DNA of 64,000 bases from IMG/VR virus record IMGVR_UViG_3300031949_000022, positions 8,397 to 72,396 of that record; one strand, 5' to 3'. Both the position numbers and the translations under genes were made by a program. This document shows positions 1 through 9,045 of this stretch, in pieces (within the stretch, counting starts at the first letter, position 1; every line of letters starts with the position of its first letter). The DNA is from a virus. The notes below the pieces were generated by a model. It was not told the origin of the DNA. It saw only the letters and a list, made by a program, of their open reading frames with translations, and did no database searches.

Positions 1-1304
1 TCGGCCAAGTACTCGTCATCCCGAAGGTGAAAGTTCGAGTAAGTGAGTTGGTCGCGGAGAACCCAGGTGTCCGCCATCTCGTCCAGCACGCTGATCCGAT
101 GCGACTCGGTTGCCCGGAAGTCATCGATCGTTCCGGCTGCGTTCTTCGACCGCGTCGTGACGTGCATGGTCAGCGCCGACCGAGCCTGATTCGACTCGAC
201 GCAACAGATCCCGTCCGTGACGGCGTCGTTCTTGTCGTCAGAATCCGGCCAGTCCGCATTGGCGTACGCCGGTCGGATGAACCAGTCGGTTCCGCTATAG
301 CCGTCGAAGTTGTAGTGCGTCTCGACGGCTTCGCGCTTCTGCGTGATGGCCATGAGATTGCCAGCCAGGCCTGCCGGATCGTGGTCGGAGTTCTTCTGCC
401 AGATCAGGTGAAAGCGCTCGCTGTTGAGGGCCAGCACGATCGTCGTCGTGGCGCCGAGCGTCCCGACCGCGCCGCCGAAGCCTCGAGTACGAAGACCCGG
501 GTTCGGCTCGCTCTTGGTCGCGATGTGGGATAGGGCGCTGACTAGGTCGGCCTGAATCGCGCTGGTGAAGCACATGTAGTAGCGACGAGTCGCCGTGAAG
601 GTGGCGAGCGCAGCGACGAGCAGCGAGTTCTCCGTAACCGCTCCGTCAGCCGCCACGATGTTCGAGCCTCCCGCGGCGCCGATTGTCGCAGCCGATACGG
701 TGCATCCGACTCCCATGCCGGGCGTCACGCTGATCACGCGCAGTCGGTAGATTCCGTTTTGTGAAGCTCCAGCAATGGGGGCTGTCCCCGTGACGGTGCC
801 AGTTGCGTTGTTCCACGTCGCCGGTGCATGTGCGATTCCATTGAGCTTTGCTTCCAGAAGCTCGCCGATATCGGTGGCAGCATTCCCCGACACGAAGTTT
901 ACCGACGTGACGGTGTCGTAGAACTGGACGACGATCTGACCGGTCCCCGTGGCAGGACCGGTAACGACGAATGCGCTGGTCGCCGACGTAGCCCCAGCTC
1001 CGGAGCTCGGGGCATGAGCGAGGTAGTACAGATTCCGGCATCCGCCCTTGAGTGCCATCCTGAGCGCCTGATAGGCGGGCCCGCGGATCCCCGCGTAGGT
1101 CTCCGCGTCGGACTCGGTGCGGATGCGGTACTCGGTGTTGGCCACCGTGCCCGCCGATGCGGCTGCTGCCGTGTAGGGACCAACGACCGCAGCGTCGCGG
1201 AACGCGGCCGCCGCACTCGATGCTCCCTGTCCGAGCAGCACCTCGACGGCGCTGAATGGGGCGCGGTAGCTGGAAGGGTACCCGGTGATGTCGAAGCCAG
1301 CCAT
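1..1304 (-). CDS. Tail sheath protein, Mu gpL-like (C-terminal part lies beyond left window edge)
   Basis: Reverse frame open from ATG at 1304 to position 1, so not in the ORF track. Hand translation starts MAGFDITGYPSSYRAPFSAVEV..., resembling Mu-type sheath N-termini. TGATG overlap with upstream ORF; G/C-rich third positions. Confidence 0.6.
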   Translation of the reverse strand, partial: MAGFDITGYPSSYRAPFSAVEVLLGQGASSAAAAFRDAAVVGPYTAAAASAGTVANTEYRIRTESDAETYAGIRGPAYQALRMALKGGCRNLYYLAHAPSSGAGATSATSAFVVTGPATGTGQIVVQFYDTVTSVNFVSGNAATDIGELLEAKLNGIAHAPATWNNATGTVTGTAPIAGASQNGIYRLRVISVTPGMGVGCTVSAATIGAAGGSNIVAADGAVTENSLLVAALATFTATRRYYMCFTSAIQADLVSALSHIATKSEPNPGLRTRGFGGAVGTLGATTTIVLALNSERFHLIWQKNSDHDPAGLAGNLMAITQKREAVETHYNFDGYSGTDWFIRPAYANADWPDSDDKNDAVTDGICCVESNQARSALTMHVTTRSKNAAGTIDDFRATESHRISVLDEMADTWVLRDQLTYSNFHLRDDEYLA

Positions 1305-1621
1305 CAGCTCTGCACCTCACTCTTGGCGCCCTTGGGCGCGACCTTGGTTTGACCGGTGAAGGGCACGCCGCAGGCGCGCGCCGTCTCGGCGTCCGCCGGA
1401 ATCAGCGGTGGGTCCTGGGCGTCCACGAGGAACTTCCTCAGAATCCGCTGCCCCTCTCGCGAGGTAGACTCGATCTCGGTCGGAGTGTCCAAGATCTCAT
1501 TCCTGATCTCCGTGCCGTTGACCTTGAGCTTTCGCCCCACGTACCGCGGCAGATCGCCAGCGACACTCGGCCCCGGCAGCCTGCAGAAATGACCGGGCTT
1601 CGCGTAGAATCTGAGCTTCAT
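1304..1621 (-). CDS. Hypothetical virion-module protein (105 aa)
   Basis: ORF track; balanced composition; translationally coupled to the sheath gene. Confidence 0.5.
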   Translation of the reverse strand: MKLRFYAKPGHFCRLPGPSVAGDLPRYVGRKLKVNGTEIRNEILDTPTEIESTSREGQRILRKFLVDAQDPPLIPADAETARACGVPFTGQTKVAPKGAKSEVQS

Positions 1622-1651
1622 TCGTGCCTCGTTGGTGGGGCAGCGCCCCGG

Positions 1652-2110
1652 CTAGAATCGTGTTGCTAGCTCCGCCATGCGGCGGGCCAGGTAGTCGCCC
1701 TCGACGCGGTACGCGGAGCGCCAAGCGCGGTAGGCGAACTTGTAGGGGCGGTTCCCAGGGTGGTTCACCTTCGCGAAGAACCGCAGCTCGCCGTGCCAGA
1801 TGAATCGAAGGGCTCTGGCTCGCCTCGGGCGAATGATGTGCGGTCGCGACCCCTTGTCGATTGGGTTTGCGTAGGGGACGTCGTTGTAGAGGTTGAGAAG
1901 ACGCCCGCTGCTCAGCCGCTTGACGCCGTACCGCTGTCCGCGCTGCAGCCTACCGGTGCGCGGCTTGAACTTCGGGTATCTCTGGACGTGATCGATGGAG
2001 TGCTTCCCGGCGACTTCTGACGCGGCATCGAGCATCCGCTCGTTCTGCGCGAGGAAGTGATCGTGCCTCTGTCGCACCTCCGTCAGGTTGACGAGGCGCG
2101 CGAGAAACAC
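1652..2110 (-). CDS. Neck/tail-completion protein, HK97 gp10-like (tentative)
   Basis: ORF track. Position between connector genes and sheath; segment ...YANPIDKGSRPHIIRPRRARALRF... recalls the gp10 family. Confidence 0.4.
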   Translation of the reverse strand: MFLARLVNLTEVRQRHDHFLAQNERMLDAASEVAGKHSIDHVQRYPKFKPRTGRLQRGQRYGVKRLSSGRLLNLYNDVPYANPIDKGSRPHIIRPRRARALRFIWHGELRFFAKVNHPGNRPYKFAYRAWRSAYRVEGDYLARRMAELATRF

Positions 2111-2111
2111 C

Positions 2112-3227
2112 TCAGGTCACCAGCACCCACTTGACGCCGTTGTACGTCATCGTGAGGTAGCCAGAATTCGTGGAGATGACCTGCGAAGCGGCGCCGTTGA
2201 TCAGTTTGCCGTTGCCAGCGACCGTGATGTTTCGTGTAGTGGCCTGGGCGTCCCCGTCGATCACACGCACGACCTGCCCCGTCGTTGGCGACGCTGGCAA
2301 CGTGACGGTGACTGCCGTGGTGTTCCCGGTGACGAACACCTGAAGGCTTCGCCCATCGATCGTGGTGCTGGCTGCGACGTTGATGAGCAACTCGAACTCC
2401 TGCAGAACGAACGTGTTCTGAGTGACCAATTCGTCGATCAGCGGATTGGCGCCGTCGGGATCGTCGCCGATGACGGTCCCCGTACCGAGCTCCGCATTGA
2501 CGCCCTCGTAGTCGTTGTCCCGCGTGTCTCCGTCGGTGAACGACTCGATCTCGGCGGCGAGCACGTCAAGGCTCACGGCCCAGTAGAGCGTTTCCTGGTC
2601 GGAGAACTTCGCGGGCCCGCGCCGGATGCTGTTCGGAGCAATCTTGCAGTTCGACCAATTCGCTGTGCCCATGCCTGGCCCCAGGACCAGTTTGGGCTGC
2701 GTGGCGTGCCCCGGGGTCACCGCGTAAGCCATGTGCCCGCCGCGGTCGATCGTCAGCAGCATCACCTTCAAGGCCGCCGCCAGAAAGTCGAGCATCTTTC
2801 GGCGGTCGCCGGACGTCAGTGGTCCGAGGATGTAGTCGACCGCGAAGGTCCGGGTCAGCTGGTTCTGACCGCTGTCGATCTCGTCCCAAGACCCTTCACC
2901 AGTCCAGTACACGGCCAGCAGCGGAAAACTCTGCTCGGTCGTCTGGAGGATGTGCGAGTCGGGCTCGTCGGGCAGCGTGTCGGCGACCGGGGTCGTCCCT
3001 GACAGGCTGCTTCCAACCGATGCGTCTGTCCACCGCGCCGCCAGCTCATCGTTCAGCGCGGCCGCCAGCAGGGCCAGGAGGATGTCGCGGCCCGGCTCGA
3101 GAGAGCCCGCCGTTGTCTCGTTGGTGTCGGCAAGCGGGAACGCTGTGCCGCCGACTCCTCGGTAAATGCTGTTGGCGGTCATGATGGCCAGGACAGCGGA
3201 GTCCAATACGGAGAATCTGCGCCCCAA
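2112..3227 (-). CDS. Virion structural protein with C-terminal knob-like domain
   Basis: ORF track (371 aa). C-terminus ...VTLPASPTTGQVVRVIDGDAQATTRNITVAGNGKLINGA...WVLVT resembles fibre/knob C-termini. Lies in the head-tail module. Confidence 0.5.
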   Translation of the reverse strand: MGRRFSVLDSAVLAIMTANSIYRGVGGTAFPLADTNETTAGSLEPGRDILLALLAAALNDELAARWTDASVGSSLSGTTPVADTLPDEPDSHILQTTEQSFPLLAVYWTGEGSWDEIDSGQNQLTRTFAVDYILGPLTSGDRRKMLDFLAAALKVMLLTIDRGGHMAYAVTPGHATQPKLVLGPGMGTANWSNCKIAPNSIRRGPAKFSDQETLYWAVSLDVLAAEIESFTDGDTRDNDYEGVNAELGTGTVIGDDPDGANPLIDELVTQNTFVLQEFELLINVAASTTIDGRSLQVFVTGNTTAVTVTLPASPTTGQVVRVIDGDAQATTRNITVAGNGKLINGAASQVISTNSGYLTMTYNGVKWVLVT

Positions 3228-3339
3228 GCCGTACCGTCCGGGTCTCGCGGACAGCTTGGCTTCCGTGGTTCCGGGTCCGGCTCCGGCTCTCGGTCGACCT
3301 TCCCGTCACCGATTTCACAGTCCGGACTCGTCCAGGTAC

Positions 3340-3768
3340 TCATTCCAGCGGCGCCGCCCGGACGGTGTAGTGGAGCGCGAAGTCCTTGGAGACGTCCACG
3401 ATCCGGAGCTTCGTCGTCCCGCCGGGGCCAACGACCTTGACCCAGCGCTCCTGGGCGGCTGTGAGCGTCCCCTCGAGCGTCGCGATGGCTACCCCTCCCC
3501 CCGTATGTGCCGGAGTCAGGGGGCCGATTTGGACGGTGTCCGAGGGTAGATTCTCGACCGCGATGGTCTCGCCCGAAAGCGACCTGAACTTCGGTGGCTG
3601 ACCACCTTCGGTGAGCTCAGTCTCAGCGTCCGAGGACGTCCCCTCTCCGACGCTAGCCCCCGTCCATGTCCGGACGACGACGTAGCTGCGGTGTGGGCGG
3701 AGGCCGCGAGCACCAGGGATCGACCGGATTGCGGCGATGGCCGGCAGGAGATCAGATGCGAATGTCAC
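3340..3768 (-). CDS. Hypothetical head-tail module protein (142 aa)
   Basis: ORF track; synteny only. Confidence 0.5.
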   Translation of the reverse strand: MTFASDLLPAIAAIRSIPGARGLRPHRSYVVVRTWTGASVGEGTSSDAETELTEGGQPPKFRSLSGETIAVENLPSDTVQIGPLTPAHTGGGVAIATLEGTLTAAQERWVKVVGPGGTTKLRIVDVSKDFALHYTVRAAPLE

Positions 3769-4384
3769 CGGGAGCCCTTGGCAAGAACACCTGGGCTCCG
3801 AGGTGTTTCAGCACCACGCCCATGTGCATCCAGATCTCTCCGCCAATCGCGGTCCAGCGTCTGCAGAACGCCACATCTTCACCGTCGTAGCTCCCCCCGG
3901 GCTCGTAGAGCGAGGCCCAGAGCGCCGTAACGCGGCCCTGGTACGTCTCATACATCATGCTCGAGTAGTGGTCGGCCATGGCCACGATGGCCTGCCTGGC
4001 AATCAGCAGAAAACCTCCCGGGACATAGACGCAACGGGCCAGGTCTCCGTCTGTTTGCCCCGAGAACTCGGCTGGTATCTCCCGCTCCTCCGTCTTCTTG
4101 CAGTAGACGCCCGAGACGAACCACTTGTCGGCTGCCAGGAGCTTCTGCAGATCCTTCGCCCTCCAGCCAATGTCCGAATCCAAACAGAGCATGTGGGAAC
4201 ATCCAGAATCCAAGAATCGCTTGGTCAGAATGTCGCGGTTTCGTGGGAGAAATGACCCGCGTTCGCCGTCGACTCGGATGCTTCCAGGAAGCTCAATGAG
4301 CGCCTGCATGCACCCGGCAGCACACTCCATGTGGACCTTGCCGTCGATGCTCGGAATGGCGACGAAGATGGTCGGATTAGCCAA
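3752..4384 (-). CDS. GT-A-like glycosyltransferase, paralog 1 (tentative)
   Basis: ORF track (210 aa). Has ...RNRDILTKRFL...HMLCLDSDIGW... (DxD-like DSD) and ...GEDVAFCRR...IWMHMGVVL. Clear paralog of 55444..56052. Confidence 0.55.
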   Translation of the reverse strand: MANPTIFVAIPSIDGKVHMECAAGCMQALIELPGSIRVDGERGSFLPRNRDILTKRFLDSGCSHMLCLDSDIGWRAKDLQKLLAADKWFVSGVYCKKTEEREIPAEFSGQTDGDLARCVYVPGGFLLIARQAIVAMADHYSSMMYETYQGRVTALWASLYEPGGSYDGEDVAFCRRWTAIGGEIWMHMGVVLKHLGAQVFLPRAPGDIRI

Positions 4385-4796
4385 GCGAGATTTCCCCGCC
4401 GCTACCTACCTGGAATCCTTCACGAGACCACGAGTCCCCTCGGTAGCCGCGTGTACCGAACGCATCGCCCTGGAGCGGGAACCCGAAGATGATCGAAAGC
4501 CTGCTGGCCCAGAGCCGTCCGTATGCTCTGGATTCCGAAACCTGCGATGAACCCTCGGATGCCGGGAAGAATTCGATCTCGTCGACCTTCTTAACCCCGG
4601 CCGCCGTCAGAACGCTGTTCACCTTCGCGTCAGCAGTGGCCAAGTTTGCCAGAAGAGTGACCACTTCTGCCTGCGTGTCCGCTCGAGTCCCGATCACATT
4701 GATCGCGCTCTCGAGACGAGCGTCATTCATCTGGAAGACGTCTGGGACCCCGAGAAACAGCCGGATCTTGACCTTTTGAGCCTCGGTGAATGCCAT
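4377..4796 (-). CDS. Hypothetical head-tail connector-region protein (139 aa)
   Basis: ORF track; synteny only. Confidence 0.45.
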   Translation of the reverse strand: MAFTEAQKVKIRLFLGVPDVFQMNDARLESAINVIGTRADTQAEVVTLLANLATADAKVNSVLTAAGVKKVDEIEFFPASEGSSQVSESRAYGRLWASRLSIIFGFPLQGDAFGTRGYRGDSWSREGFQVGSGGEISLG

Positions 4797-4797
4797 G

Positions 4798-5277
4798 TCA
4801 CTTCCGGTTCTGCTGTTGGATCTTCTGCGCCCGATGCTTCTCCAGATCGGCCAACTTCCCAGCCATCTCCTCGAGTTTGAGTTCGATTGCAGCCCTCTCG
4901 TCCGCAGATCGGGTCAGTCTGGTCTCCGCCTCGTTGAGCTTGGCCACCAGGGCATTGGCGCGCTCGGTAGCGGTCGTCAGTTGGCGCTTGGCCTTCTCGG
5001 CCTCCTGCTGTGCCGACACCGCTACCGCTTGGGCCTCTTCGAGCTGGCCTTTCAGGACACGGACCTCGTCCGCACGCGCCGTGTCCTGAGCAGCCCTTGC
5101 ACGCGCAGACGCCTTGCTTTCAGCTGGCACCGGGCTCTGCCCCAGCGGAAGGGTCCGCTTGGCGCACAGCTCGACCCATTCGTCTGGAACATCGACGGTC
5201 CCCCACGGCTCGCAAACGAACTCGCGAGACCCCATCGACCAACTGAGGCGATTCGACGTCTGGTTGTGCAAGATCAT
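4798..5277 (-). CDS. Coiled-coil protein of head module (159 aa)
   Basis: ORF track; long Ala/Glu/Lys/Arg heptad-like C-terminal half. Confidence 0.5.
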   Translation of the reverse strand: MILHNQTSNRLSWSMGSREFVCEPWGTVDVPDEWVELCAKRTLPLGQSPVPAESKASARARAAQDTARADEVRVLKGQLEEAQAVAVSAQQEAEKAKRQLTTATERANALVAKLNEAETRLTRSADERAAIELKLEEMAGKLADLEKHRAQKIQQQNRK

Positions 5278-5804
5278 GGGTTGACCAAGGTGATCATGGA
5301 TCCCAGCGGCGCCGTGGTGATGTGGGCATTTACGTCGCCCTTCACCTCATTCGCCAACGTGATCGCCGTTGCCGAGTCGGTGGCGTTGGCGTTCGTGACG
5401 GTGTTGGTGCTGTCGTTGTTGAAGTGCACGTTCGCGGCAGTGATGTGCGCCGTGTATTTGCCCTTCAGGTCGTTGACCAACGCTACCGCCGTGGTTTCGT
5501 CGGTCGCGTTGGCGACTGTGATAGCCGCGCTGGTAGCAGTGTCGTGCGCCACCGAATCCGCAAAGTGCTTGTCCACCTTCACCTTGATGGCGTTGACTAG
5601 CACGTATAGCGTTGCCGCATTCGTCGCGTTCGCTGCCGAGACCGTATCGGCCACCTTGGTCGGATTCTTGTAGTCCGTCGTCGTTGTCGTCGACGTGATA
5701 TCCACGTGGAAATTGGTCGACACGCTCTCCGTGATCAGCTCATTGAGAGCCAATACGAGTGCCGGGACAATCTCCTCCGGAATGTTCCTGACCGTGTACG
5801 CCAT
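5274..5804 (-). CDS. Repeat-containing head-associated (decoration-like) protein
   Basis: Internal ATG at 5804 (MAYTVRNIPEE...), TAATG overlap with the capsid gene. Three ~33-aa repeats each start ANAT(N/D) and contain ..aH..(6-7)..H. Confidence 0.5.
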   Translation of the reverse strand: MAYTVRNIPEEIVPALVLALNELITESVSTNFHVDITSTTTTTDYKNPTKVADTVSAANATNAATLYVLVNAIKVKVDKHFADSVAHDTATSAAITVANATDETTAVALVNDLKGKYTAHITAANVHFNNDSTNTVTNANATDSATAITLANEVKGDVNAHITTAPLGSMITLVNP

Positions 5805-6838
5805 TACACCACCTGGACGTTCTTGCGGACGCCGCAAGCACAGGGTTTGGTCACCTTCACGTTGCAGTAGACCTTCGCCATGAACTTCTGCGAGTCGCCA
5901 GTCTTGGCCAGCATCTCGTAGGTGACCATGAGCGGGATCTCACCGAACCCATCGTTGGACCGAAGCATCTGGCCCGGGATGAGCCCCATCTGCCTCTGCT
6001 CGGGTTGCACCTGCACCACGATCTGGACGTACCTCGTGTTGAGGTAGTACAGCTGGCCGTTGGTCGCGTCCTTGTCCTTCAAGAACACGACGCCCTCGAC
6101 GCTGATTCCTTCCTCGGGCCCTGTGAACTCCACGACACCGCGCGCGGTACGCATCTGGGTGACGGGCTTCACGAACTGGCTGCGGCTGTCAAACAGCCCG
6201 CGGACAGAGTTGAACACCGACGGATCGCACAGGACCAAGTCCGGGTGCTCCCCGCTTGCTTCGTAGATGGCTCGCAGATCCTCGCGGATCTGACTCTCCG
6301 ACACCGCCGTCGCCGAGCCCGGGTCCACCACGTACGGCTTCCAGTACGCGGACGATCCGCGCACGATGGTTGCGTAGGTGTTGGTGTCGTCGCCAATGGC
6401 CGAGTCCAGCCCAGTAGGCTGTGCGGGGGAGGCCGCACCATTCCCACTGAAGACGTAGCCGTTAAGCAACGTCGCCAGCGCCGCATTGGCGTTGACCACG
6501 TTCCGTCCCCACAGATCCATGCTCCCCTGAGGAGTCATGGACGTTGCGGCCGAGGAACGAGCCAGGCCCGTCACGCGGCTGTTTGCCCGGAGCAGAGTCC
6601 ACGCCAGGACCGCGCTGGCCTGGGCGTCCGATCCGAAGTTCGCGGCGTCGGCGCCGTCGGAGTACGCTTCCGCGACTGCTCCGGACGACTCCGCAACCCA
6701 TGCCACGTTGGACCCCTCGCCAGTGACGATGGGAAGAACACGCAGCGCGGTGGTGGTGCGGTTGACCTGCCGGACGATATCACCGGCGTAGTTTTGGGCG
6801 AGGATGATGAGCGCAAGGGTCTGGGGGACGTCAGCCAT
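5804..6838 (-). CDS. Major capsid protein (HK97-fold type)
   Basis: ORF track (344 aa). Position after scaffold and before connectors; size and composition typical of a major capsid protein. Confidence 0.75.
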   Translation of the reverse strand: MADVPQTLALIILAQNYAGDIVRQVNRTTTALRVLPIVTGEGSNVAWVAESSGAVAEAYSDGADAANFGSDAQASAVLAWTLLRANSRVTGLARSSAATSMTPQGSMDLWGRNVVNANAALATLLNGYVFSGNGAASPAQPTGLDSAIGDDTNTYATIVRGSSAYWKPYVVDPGSATAVSESQIREDLRAIYEASGEHPDLVLCDPSVFNSVRGLFDSRSQFVKPVTQMRTARGVVEFTGPEEGISVEGVVFLKDKDATNGQLYYLNTRYVQIVVQVQPEQRQMGLIPGQMLRSNDGFGEIPLMVTYEMLAKTGDSQKFMAKVYCNVKVTKPCACGVRKNVQVV

Positions 6839-6877
6839 TTCTGTATTCCGTAGCGGGCCTGTGGTGGAGTCGTTGGA

Positions 6878-7678
6878 TCAGCTCAGCACACCGGGGTCGA
6901 TCCCCAACTTCTCGAATGCTGCAAGCGTCGCGGCCGCGGGGTTCCCCTCGCTGTCCTTGCCGCCAACACCATTCTGGAAGCGAATTTGCGACTGGCCTTT
7001 CTTCGATTCCTCCTGGTGCCCGCCTGGTGCCGGGAGGAACGGTTTCACGTCGTCTGTCGCGAGCAGGAGAGGGAGAGCTTCTGCAAGCGGCAAATCTTCA
7101 TTGGCAAGCGGTGCTCCCTTGTACGGAGCTCGCTTCACCGTGAGCATTGGTGAGCCCGCATCGTCGACCTTCAGCACACCTTTCACGTGCGAGTAGTAGT
7201 CGATGAACGGGTCCAGAAGCTCGGGTTTGATCTTGGTTTGCACACCAGCTCGGAACGCGGCCTTGGCGGAATCAAACCGGTTCTTCTGCTCGAGCTCCAG
7301 TCGTTGCTTGTCGAGTTCGGTCGATTTGCGCTCGGACGCATCAAGCCGTTCCTGGAGCGCGGTCAACTGGCGCTGGTATTCCTTCGCCGCGTCGTTCTCT
7401 GAGGACTTGTCATCGGTTTTCTTCTGACCATCGGTCGCCTTTGGCGTTGCCTTCGCTACGATGGCAGCAATCTGCTCATCGAGCTTCAGGCCTCCAAGAA
7501 CTTCCGTGATAGCCGGTCCAATAGACCGCTTCAGTTGTGCCGTCACGGCGCTGTTGACGATGCGCCCAACGTCTTCTTCCGTGATGCCTTTGGGTTGATC
7601 CGGAGGTGGATCGCCTCCGCTTCCTCCCTTGTCGTCGGCCTTCTCGGATAGTGGTCCAAAGTGGAACGATGGCAGCAT
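6878..7678 (-). CDS. Scaffolding protein
   Basis: Internal ATG (MLPSFHFGPLSEK...). Charged coiled-coil central region, directly upstream of the capsid gene. Confidence 0.6.
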   Translation of the reverse strand: MLPSFHFGPLSEKADDKGGSGGDPPPDQPKGITEEDVGRIVNSAVTAQLKRSIGPAITEVLGGLKLDEQIAAIVAKATPKATDGQKKTDDKSSENDAAKEYQRQLTALQERLDASERKSTELDKQRLELEQKNRFDSAKAAFRAGVQTKIKPELLDPFIDYYSHVKGVLKVDDAGSPMLTVKRAPYKGAPLANEDLPLAEALPLLLATDDVKPFLPAPGGHQEESKKGQSQIRFQNGVGGKDSEGNPAAATLAAFEKLGIDPGVLS

Positions 7679-7792
7679 GGTTGCTTCCTCTCCCGGTGCA
7701 GCCCGGGTGCGCCGATAACGCTCGGTGTCAGCGTGCGGAGCAGTTGCAGGCGCTCCGTTCCCTGTGCACGCCATGGCGGCGTGTGAGTCTTG

Positions 7793-8407
7793 TTACGGGC
7801 AGTAGACCGTCAGGGCCACCAGCGTGGGCGCCGTGAGCGCATCGCTGGTCAACACGCGCGTAAACGCGATCGGCTCGATGTCATCTGAGGCTGCGAACGA
7901 ATCCGTCGGAGATCCAACGGCGTCGCCGTACTGCACGTTGACTTGCCCGGCTGTCCCCCGCAGCTTGATCGCCGTGAACGTGTCGCCGGGCTGAGGTGTG
8001 CAGATGTTTCCGCAGCCGATTTCAAAGGCGCCGGCCGTGCTTACCTGCGCTGGAAACACGATGGTCGGAGGGTAGTCGAACGCCTGTACCCCGCGCAGCT
8101 GGTCATTGCCGTCTGCGGTTGCTGGGGTCAGGGACTCCGTGACGGCTATCCCCCCTCGGGTTCCCGTCAGCACGATCGGGTTGGTCGTGTAGGCACCGGC
8201 CGACGATGACCGCGTGATAGTGATGGTGCGCGGGCACTTGAGCCACTTGCTCGCGGATACGGCCGCGCCGTTGTAGTCAGACGGCACCTTGGTCACGATG
8301 CTGGCTGATGTCGCGAACGACGGTTCAACCCCGTTGTCATCGTCCAGATCGGCAGCCGCGAACGTGATAGTACGCCGGGCGCTGTTGATGGGAACTGCAG
8401 AGCTCAT
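7793..8407 (-). CDS. Hypothetical head-module protein (204 aa)
   Basis: ORF track; lies between MuF-like and scaffold genes. Confidence 0.5.
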   Translation of the reverse strand: MSSAVPINSARRTITFAAADLDDDNGVEPSFATSASIVTKVPSDYNGAAVSASKWLKCPRTITITRSSSAGAYTTNPIVLTGTRGGIAVTESLTPATADGNDQLRGVQAFDYPPTIVFPAQVSTAGAFEIGCGNICTPQPGDTFTAIKLRGTAGQVNVQYGDAVGSPTDSFAASDDIEPIAFTRVLTSDALTAPTLVALTVYCP

Positions 8408-9045
8408 AGTTCGTCCATGTGGATGATGGTCTCAGAGCAGCGGCAACTACCGTGCAGCGGAGCCGGCGGGTCAAATCCTTCGGATGCAGGGACTGTGTTA
8501 CCGTCGAGCCTGTCGCAGCGATCACAAACGCGCTTGTCGCCGGCAGTGTCCCAACGCAGGAAGAGCACCGCTTTGACCTTCTCGGGAAGGTTGTCGATGA
8601 CGCCGCGGCGCGCCTCGTTGAATGCTCGGGTAGCTTCCCAGGCAGCTCGACGCTCGATCTCAGGCAGGAACAGTCTTCCGTCTGGCAGCTGTGATTCCAG
8701 ATACCGGCTCGTTACCGCGTGAGCCTCGGCCGCCGCCGCCGTGGCGTTCTGTTTGGCCAGGGCTCGCGTTACTCGAACCCTCGGTACCCGGGGGGCCATA
8801 CCAGTCGCGGCCTCCAGTTGGGCTATCGTGCGACGCAAGGACAGGTCAACGGCCCGCTCGCTAGCCTGCAGCACGCTTACTTGGACCGCGAGGAACAGCA
8901 GGGCTGCTTTTTTGGTAGCCGCCGCGTCCCCTTCGAGCGCTGTCTTGATCCGCTTCCTCATCAGCAGGAGCAGAAGGGCCTCGATCTCCACGATCCGTTT
9001 CAGGTCCTGTTTCCTCTCCTGAGCCAACTCCTCTTGCGATCTCAC
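8404..9045 (-). CDS. Head morphogenesis protein, Mu F / SPP1 gp7 family
   Basis: ORF track, GTG start. C-terminal ...DKRVCDRCDRLDGNTV...PPAPLHGSCRCSE motif typical of MuF. GC3 supports this frame from about 9045. Confidence 0.7.
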   Translation of the reverse strand: MRSQEELAQERKQDLKRIVEIEALLLLLMRKRIKTALEGDAAATKKAALLFLAVQVSVLQASERAVDLSLRRTIAQLEAATGMAPRVPRVRVTRALAKQNATAAAAEAHAVTSRYLESQLPDGRLFLPEIERRAAWEATRAFNEARRGVIDNLPEKVKAVLFLRWDTAGDKRVCDRCDRLDGNTVPASEGFDPPAPLHGSCRCSETIIHMDEL

